Part shown: positions 58,464 to 64,000 of the stretch, piece after piece | Position numbering within the stretch: the stretch's first letter is position 1 | How the letters are laid out: each line of letters begins with the position of its first letter | Virus record (IMG/VR): IMGVR_UViG_3300028025_003146 | Span: 1-64,000 of that record | Reading direction: 5' to 3' (one strand) | Source of the DNA: a virus | Lineage: Duplodnaviria; Caudoviricetes | DNA: 64,000 bases | The notes under the pieces: generated by a model | Databases searched by the model: none | What the model saw: the letters and a program-made list of their open reading frames with translations, nothing else | What the model was told of the DNA's origin: nothing | Position numbers and translations under genes: made by a program

Positions 58464-58503
58464 TTTATCCCCTATGCCTTTAATTATACCAAAAGACTTA
58501 TTT

Positions 58504-59091
58504 TTAACATAGAGGTATCCATTTTTCTAAGTACTGTCCCTTTAATTCAGAGACTGGAAGAACCTGTATGCTTAGATATTTAAAATAGTCTAGATAAACA
58601 ATCTTATTTCCCGCCTCAGAAATTATAATATCTCCTAGGCTTAAAGCAAGAGGGGTTTCATTAATCTTTATGTTAGAAACAGAATCTTCTAGGCATAGTA
58701 TTCCAAACAAAGCTGGCTTGCTTGCGCTAGACTGATCGTGCCAAAAATCAGTGGGTGGCGATTCTAATAGATCACAGGAAAGATAATATCTATTGGTATC
58801 GTAGCTTAAGTTAAACTTATTACAGGATTCTTTTACTGCCCCTACAACATCTTTAAATATCTTATTAACTTGAATATCTGGAAAAGATAAAACGTTTTTG
58901 TTTTTATTTGGAAATACCTCTTGTGGTTTTTGTGTCATTCCTAAAATGCCAGCAACAGGAAATTGATATACAAGATCTTTCTTGTTTAATTCTGAGTAAA
59001 ACTTTTCATATACCCCAGCAGCCTCTGTGTGGCCTACATGTATCAGTGTTTGTTTATTAGATCTGTATAGCAATCTTTCGTTACGACTCAA
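58504..59091 (-). CDS. Hypothetical protein, possibly degenerate DSBH/2OG-Fe(II) oxygenase fold
   Basis: WHDQ followed by alternating beta strands and GDIII; no distal His; TTG start proposed (ORF track extends to 59160). Confidence 0.45.
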   Translation of the reverse strand: MSRNERLLYRSNKQTLIHVGHTEAAGVYEKFYSELNKKDLVYQFPVAGILGMTQKPQEVFPNKNKNVLSFPDIQVNKIFKDVVGAVKESCNKFNLSYDTNRYYLSCDLLESPPTDFWHDQSSASKPALFGILCLEDSVSNIKINETPLALSLGDIIISEAGNKIVYLDYFKYLSIQVLPVSELKGQYLEKWIPLC

Positions 59092-59632
59092 TTTTACCAC
59101 CAGGCCTTTCTTTAACCCAAACAAACGGGTAAACAGGATCTCTTGGTGGCAGAATGTCATCTACAGAAATATCAGACAATAATTCTTCTGGCTTCCTTGA
59201 AGGAATATATTCTCCGCCTGATCCATAAGCTCCAATTATTCCCTTTTGTGTTTTTAGGCTACTATCTGTAGTTGTCTCTACTATTATATCAAAAAGCTCG
59301 TACATAAGGGTTCTTAATATAGGACCACTAACTGCTAAAAGCCCCCTTTTTCTATAAACTGGATTTATGTAAACTCTGTCTACGGTTCCGTCATAATCCA
59401 CAAGCAGATACATGTCTGGATAATTTTTTACAACACAACTTGAAACTATAACAGCTCCTTCTGCGTGATCGTTATTAAAATAAAACTGACACACCCATTT
59501 TGTTTGTAACAAAGATACTTCTGTTATCTGAAGCCACCACCCCGCAAGCTCTTTAGGCCAGGCTGAAAATACAGGCACTATCTTTTCATTAATTTTTTTC
59601 AGACTTATAATATTATATTGCGAAGGAATCAT
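59081..59632 (-). CDS. GNAT-like acyltransferase
   Basis: VDRVYINPVYRKRGL resembles GNAT motif A. Confidence 0.6.
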   Translation of the reverse strand: MIPSQYNIISLKKINEKIVPVFSAWPKELAGWWLQITEVSLLQTKWVCQFYFNNDHAEGAVIVSSCVVKNYPDMYLLVDYDGTVDRVYINPVYRKRGLLAVSGPILRTLMYELFDIIVETTTDSSLKTQKGIIGAYGSGGEYIPSRKPEELLSDISVDDILPPRDPVYPFVWVKERPGGKIES

Positions 59633-60986
59633 GTGTTAGCATTTTTTCAGTAAAGAACATATCGTAAGGTTCACAGTCTATTGATATGGTTTCATGAGCA
59701 ACTTCTATTACTTCAAATAAGTCTACAATTTCCCAACTATTACTATCTAGGTCAAAGACATAATCTAACTGCTCAACAACTTCTTCAGACCTAATAAATT
59801 GAGTTATTCCATTTCTTTTTACAAGGATCCAGTGCCACTGTGAGAAGATATCGCCATTAATTACAACAGCCTTGTCTCCAATTCTCCTAGTTATTCCAAC
59901 TATTTCTGTATTTACAATATTTAAGTTTGGATTATCACTTGTCCATGATAATGCTTCTTCGGTAACACCTTCAGATGGATTATATGGGAATCCTTCTAGA
60001 TCTGCAGAAAGTAATATGTCACCTACATTTAAATTTTCAGCACGAACAAGTCCTGATGGAGTTCTAACTAAAGTAGATACCGAAACAGATTTTCCAACAG
60101 GTGGTCCAAGTGGTGGCAAATCTATTGGTGGAAAAGCTGGTGGATCTGCTGGTGGAGCTGCTGGTGGATCTGCTGGTGGTGCTGCTGGTGGATCTGCTGG
60201 TGGTGCACTTGGTGGAGCTGAAATTCCACAAAAACTGTATCCAAGGTATACGTCTGGGCATCCAGCCGTCCAAGATCTTTGATATGCGTTTCCATAACCT
60301 TGAGCGTTTACGTTAGTGCAATATGTTGGGGCATCTACATAATCACAATCTACTGGTGGGCCTGCTGGTGGGCCTGCAGGTGGTCCTGCTGGTGGACCTT
60401 GTGGTGGAACAGATGCTGCAGCAGTAGTAAAGCTTGTACTGGAAGACGCAGAAGATCCACTATAATTTGCATTTGCATATAGTGTTACGGTTACAGAGTA
60501 ATTTGTGCCAGCAGAAAAACCACTTAGTAGTACTGGTGGGCCTCCCCCAGAGGATGCACTATTATTCGAAGAACCATTGCTAGCTGTAACGGTATATGAA
60601 CCCCAACCGCTTCCTCCCCATGTTATGTAGGCTTGATCTTGAGTCCAAGCTTGGCCTGCTCCTGCGCCATACGCAATAACAGAACCTATATTTGGGTATG
60701 GACTTGGCGGCGGCGGTGGTGGTGGAGGCTCTACATAATTGTAATATCTAAATGGTATAGTCTCACCAATTTTAACAGTACTTCCGCTTGCAATTTCTTG
60801 ATCTACAATTGACTGATTTAAATTTATATTTTGAATATCAGAGGCAGTTTCAGACCAACTCAGTCCAACTGATTCTAGGGCTGTTTTTGCTTGAGATCTA
60901 CTTAAACCTGATAAGTTAGGCACGTTTACTTTTCTAATACCGACTCTCGATATCGAAATTCTTTTGCTAGATCTTCTTCTAGCCAT
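59613..60986 (-). CDS. PASTA + Fn3 + Pro-rich + C-terminal Hint-domain protein
   Basis: VPNLSGLSRSQAKTALESVGL (PASTA); SVSVSTLVRTPSG..RAENLNVGD and TISIDCEPYDMFF...LTHD (Hint). Confidence 0.8.
   Translation of the reverse strand: MARRRSSKRISISRVGIRKVNVPNLSGLSRSQAKTALESVGLSWSETASDIQNINLNQSIVDQEIASGSTVKIGETIPFRYYNYVEPPPPPPPPSPYPNIGSVIAYGAGAGQAWTQDQAYITWGGSGWGSYTVTASNGSSNNSASSGGGPPVLLSGFSAGTNYSVTVTLYANANYSGSSASSSTSFTTAAASVPPQGPPAGPPAGPPAGPPVDCDYVDAPTYCTNVNAQGYGNAYQRSWTAGCPDVYLGYSFCGISAPPSAPPADPPAAPPADPPAAPPADPPAFPPIDLPPLGPPVGKSVSVSTLVRTPSGLVRAENLNVGDILLSADLEGFPYNPSEGVTEEALSWTSDNPNLNIVNTEIVGITRRIGDKAVVINGDIFSQWHWILVKRNGITQFIRSEEVVEQLDYVFDLDSNSWEIVDLFEVIEVAHETISIDCEPYDMFFTEKMLTHDSFAI
60126..60219 (-). 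repeat. 12-nt tandem repeat coding PPA(D/A)
   Basis: ggtggatctgct/ggtggagctgct units; a second GPPA array at ~60354-60407. Confidence 0.9.
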
Positions 60987-60987
60987 T

Positions 60988-62376
60988 TTAAACGCTCAGA
61001 TCGCCTAGGACAACCCAGGAATTTAATGCTCGTTTAATTAAAGTTGCACTACTCCACTGTGCACGTAATTTTAATCCAGGAGTAGAATTTGGAGTAAATC
61101 CATCTCCTGCTATAGTAACCTGAGAGGTTCCTGTTTGTAATATATCTACAGAGTATCCAATGGGAAACAAGTTAGAATCTGTTATTGTTATAGTTCCGCC
61201 TGCAGACATTTCAATAAGTCTTCCAGAATCTATTGGCGCAATAGTGTAACTGGTAGACTTAGAATTTATTGTTATCGAATCTTCAGATCTAACAGAAACT
61301 GATCCTGACATAGATGGATGATATTGACAGGCATAATATAAATTATCTGGGGCATTCTGCGGAAGCTCTACAATAATAGAACCATTATCTGCTCCAGCAT
61401 TTGTTATGCCTTCAGAATAAACATTTGCTAACGAGTACCCGCCTGGCACTGTTTGAATCCAGAAAGGGTGGTTTGTAGCATTAACTACAATTCTGTACCG
61501 CTTGCCTTTTGCAAAGCTAATAGTATCGTTTAAAACTCCATTTACAAGGTATCCACCTGAGCCTGAATTAGTAATATAATAATCTACAGAAGGCTGTGAA
61601 ATAGAAACTTTATTATCTAATGCTGTTTGGGTAGCAGTAGATATTGGCTTAACAGAGTCTGCCGTATTGTCTACATTTTCTAAGCCAATCATTGTTTTTG
61701 TAATACCGCTTACTGTTCCAGTAAATGTCGGTGAAGCAATAGGAGCTTTTGTTCCTAGTGCTGTTGTTATAGTTGCAGCGTATGAAGCATCATCATTAAT
61801 TGCAGCGGCAATTTCATTTAAAGTATTTAATGCATCGGGTGCTGTATCTATAAGGTTTGATATAGCAGCTGTAATAGCTAAATTTCTGTTTGTTACTTCA
61901 GTAGAAATTGCAGAAGTAATTTCTGTGTCTCTTGCAATTGTTGCTGGGATTTGAGAGTCTGGAACAAAACCATTTAAATCAAGTTCTGCAACTCCTTCTG
62001 GGTTTCCCAATAAACTCATTGGAATATAACCAGTGGAAACTGTATCATCTAATGCATCAATTGCTGCATCAACATATAATTTGCTTGCAATAGTGCTGTC
62101 AACTGCAAGAGTGATTGTATTTGCAACATCGTTATAGGTTTTGGATACACCTGTTCCAGCAACTAATGCTGAGTCTATTGCATCTTGAGCAAGCTCTGTA
62201 ATTTCACTTGGTATAACGCTTAAAAATGGAAGTGCTGGCCATAAACTTGTTCCATTTCCAGCTTTTATTTTATTTAGCGTTGTATCTAGACCTAGTTCTC
62301 CAGCTGCTAAAGGTCTTGTGGAAGAAGACCATTGAGATGAAGTACCTCTTCTAATTTTTATCGTTACTGATGGCAT
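60988..62376 (-). CDS. Fibre protein: Mtd/hyaluronidase-type N-terminal domain, fibre repeats, cupredoxin-like insert
   Basis: IRRGTSSQW...LAAGELG..T...KIKAGNG...W..LP; HPFWI...YYACQYHPSM. Confidence 0.8.
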   Translation of the reverse strand: MPSVTIKIRRGTSSQWSSSTRPLAAGELGLDTTLNKIKAGNGTSLWPALPFLSVIPSEITELAQDAIDSALVAGTGVSKTYNDVANTITLAVDSTIASKLYVDAAIDALDDTVSTGYIPMSLLGNPEGVAELDLNGFVPDSQIPATIARDTEITSAISTEVTNRNLAITAAISNLIDTAPDALNTLNEIAAAINDDASYAATITTALGTKAPIASPTFTGTVSGITKTMIGLENVDNTADSVKPISTATQTALDNKVSISQPSVDYYITNSGSGGYLVNGVLNDTISFAKGKRYRIVVNATNHPFWIQTVPGGYSLANVYSEGITNAGADNGSIIVELPQNAPDNLYYACQYHPSMSGSVSVRSEDSITINSKSTSYTIAPIDSGRLIEMSAGGTITITDSNLFPIGYSVDILQTGTSQVTIAGDGFTPNSTPGLKLRAQWSSATLIKRALNSWVVLGDLSV

Positions 62377-62627
62377 TATGCAGCACCGCCATCAACTACT
62401 CCTGGACTTGGAACTTCAACTGATTCTACAGAATAAACTGCTCCATCATATGTATGAATATGATCTAGTAGGCCTGTTATGGCACCGCCAACTGGGCTCC
62501 AAGACGAACCATCATAATATTTTAAAGAAGATTCAGCAGTATTAAAATAAATATCACCTATGCGTGGGTTTGCTGGATCTGTTGCTAGTGCTACTGCGTG
62601 TAAGGGAACTAATCTTTGAACTGACAT
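62376..62627 (-). CDS. Small virion protein
   Basis: GDIYFNT...LKYYDGSSW motif shared with neighbouring fibres. Confidence 0.7.
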   Translation of the reverse strand: MSVQRLVPLHAVALATDPANPRIGDIYFNTAESSLKYYDGSSWSPVGGAITGLLDHIHTYDGAVYSVESVEVPSPGVVDGGAA

Positions 62628-62638
62628 TTAAAACTCCC

Positions 62639-64000
62639 TTATCCAGTAATTACGACTCTGTAGGCTCCACTTGCAGGCGCTGTTGCAAATCTTAGTGTAA
62701 TTGTGTTTGCTGATGTACGCTCTACATCTGTTTCAACTAAAGCTTTTAGCCCTGCTGTTTCAAAAACTTGAACAGTAACATCATCTGATCCCAAATTGTG
62801 TGTTACAACAAGCGCTGTTAAATCTGAAGGGTTAGCAAGATTTTCTGCGTACTTTCTTGCAATTGCATGATAGTTTGTTCCATTATTTGTAAGTGTCCAG
62901 TTATCGCTTGTCTCATTCCATAGAACTTCAACATCTGCGCCATCGCCACGCTCTACACGAATTCCAGCATCTGCTGTTGGTGTTCCAGTATAGTCGGTAT
63001 TAAGATTAATCTTATTATCAACAATATTTACCTGTGTAGTATTTACTGAGTTTATTGTTCCAGCTACGTTTAGGTTTCCGCCTACTGTTAAATTATTTGT
63101 AATGCTTACATCATCTGGAAGACCAATTGTTACTGTTGTGCCTTCTCCTGCTGTAGGGCTTACTGTTACTTCATTAGCTGTTCCTGTAATGTTTGCAACA
63201 TAATCACCAGTTGTTTGGCTTCCAAGGTTTACATTCTTAACACTTACTGCACCGTCTGTTACGGTAAAATCTGTTGTAGCAAAAGAAGCAACACCACGGT
63301 TTGTAGTTGTTGCAATTTCTGCATCTACTGTTAGTATGTTTGCTACATCATCATATGTTACATCTATACCTTCGCCTGCATTGATTTGTCCAGCAACAAT
63401 ATCTTGAACACGCTCAGCGTTTAATGTTACTGCTCCTGATGTTACTGTAAAATCTGTTGCGTCAAAGCTTGCAACGCCTTTATTAGTTGAAGTTGCATCT
63501 TCTGCTGATACTGTAACTGTATTATTTGTTACAGCTACGTCAATTCCTTCTCCGCCAGCAACAGTTAATGTGTCAGTTAATAGATTAACTGTATCTGTTC
63601 CAGTGTCTCCTGCTATTGAAAGGTTTGTTGCTACGTCTGCTTCGCTTGCTGCGGTTAAACGACCTTGTGCATCTACGGTAAATGTTGGGATCTTTGTTGT
63701 TGAACCGTATGAGCCAGCAGTTACTGTAGTGTTATCTAAGTCTATTGTTGTTGTGCCTGCTGCATCGTTGTATGTTGATGTTAGACCAACTCCGCCAACG
63801 ATTGCTGAACCAATTACATCTTGAATAACCTCTGTAGAACCAGACATTGGCATCCATGGACCATTTGGAGAGGCAAGTCCATTGTAGTAGTACATTGTAT
63901 TATTGCTTGAGTCATAATAAATCTGACCCGCTACTGGATTGGATGGTGCTGAACTTAAATTCTGAATTCTTGCATTGAGCAGCTCATTCTTGTTGAGGTC
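62639..64000 (-). CDS. Fibre-like virion protein (start lies beyond right edge)
   Basis: Frame open to 64000 (DLNKNELLNARIQNL...GQIYYD); NKGVASF repeats, VDAQGRLTAAS, THNLG. Confidence 0.8.
   Translation of the reverse strand, partial: DLNKNELLNARIQNLSSAPSNPVAGQIYYDSSNNTMYYYNGLASPNGPWMPMSGSTEVIQDVIGSAIVGGVGLTSTYNDAAGTTTIDLDNTTVTAGSYGSTTKIPTFTVDAQGRLTAASEADVATNLSIAGDTGTDTVNLLTDTLTVAGGEGIDVAVTNNTVTVSAEDATSTNKGVASFDATDFTVTSGAVTLNAERVQDIVAGQINAGEGIDVTYDDVANILTVDAEIATTTNRGVASFATTDFTVTDGAVSVKNVNLGSQTTGDYVANITGTANEVTVSPTAGEGTTVTIGLPDDVSITNNLTVGGNLNVAGTINSVNTTQVNIVDNKINLNTDYTGTPTADAGIRVERGDGADVEVLWNETSDNWTLTNNGTNYHAIARKYAENLANPSDLTALVVTHNLGSDDVTVQVFETAGLKALVETDVERTSANTITLRFATAPASGAYRVVITG

Noticed and set aside
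57946-58512. 188-aa plus-strand ORF spanning an intergenic gap
   Set aside because: Overlaps two credible minus-strand genes and has no recognisable features
59613-60089. Canonical splicing intein
   Set aside because: Hint domain is C-terminal with only four following residues, no endonuclease, and ends His-Asp
60126-60407. CRISPR-like or origin iteron array
   Set aside because: 12-nt units without spacers, in frame, varying mainly at synonymous or conservative positions
1-64000. tRNA, rRNA, integrase, transposase, terminase
   Set aside because: No cloverleaf in the short intergenic gaps and no matching protein motifs seen

Overview
A 64-kb segment of a large, AT-rich, long-tailed dsDNA phage (siphovirus-type morphogenesis genes); every credible gene is on the minus strand. 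In transcription order (right to left): ~26 kb of fibre/adhesin-like virion genes interleaved with modification enzymes and a membrane transporter (64000-37573); portal, prohead protease/scaffold, major capsid, neck, major tail, frameshifted tail chaperones, 2286-aa tape measure and tail-tip genes (37172-12730); a Thr-rich mucin-like fibre protein followed by two glycosyltransferase genes (12720-8222); then, after a promoter/terminator junction at ~7.0 kb, a replication block (metallophosphoesterase, HTH protein, DnaB, primase, SSB, DnaE; DnaE runs off the left end). A PASTA domain and apparently leaderless transcripts suggest an actinobacterial host (inference). The most notable signal is a recurring 'low-complexity or propeller virion protein plus dedicated modifying enzymes' layout: (i) poly-Thr mucin-like protein + Cys4 protein + GT-A-like enzyme + GT60-type GlcNAc transferase; (ii) PASTA/Pro-rich/Hint protein + GNAT-like + DSBH-like + Cys-rich protein; (iii) beta-propeller + two helical proteins + U32-hydroxylase/methyltransferase fusion + structured leader + transporter. 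Family assignments are from motif recognition only; no database searches were run. No tRNA, CRISPR array, terminase or lysis gene was recognised.
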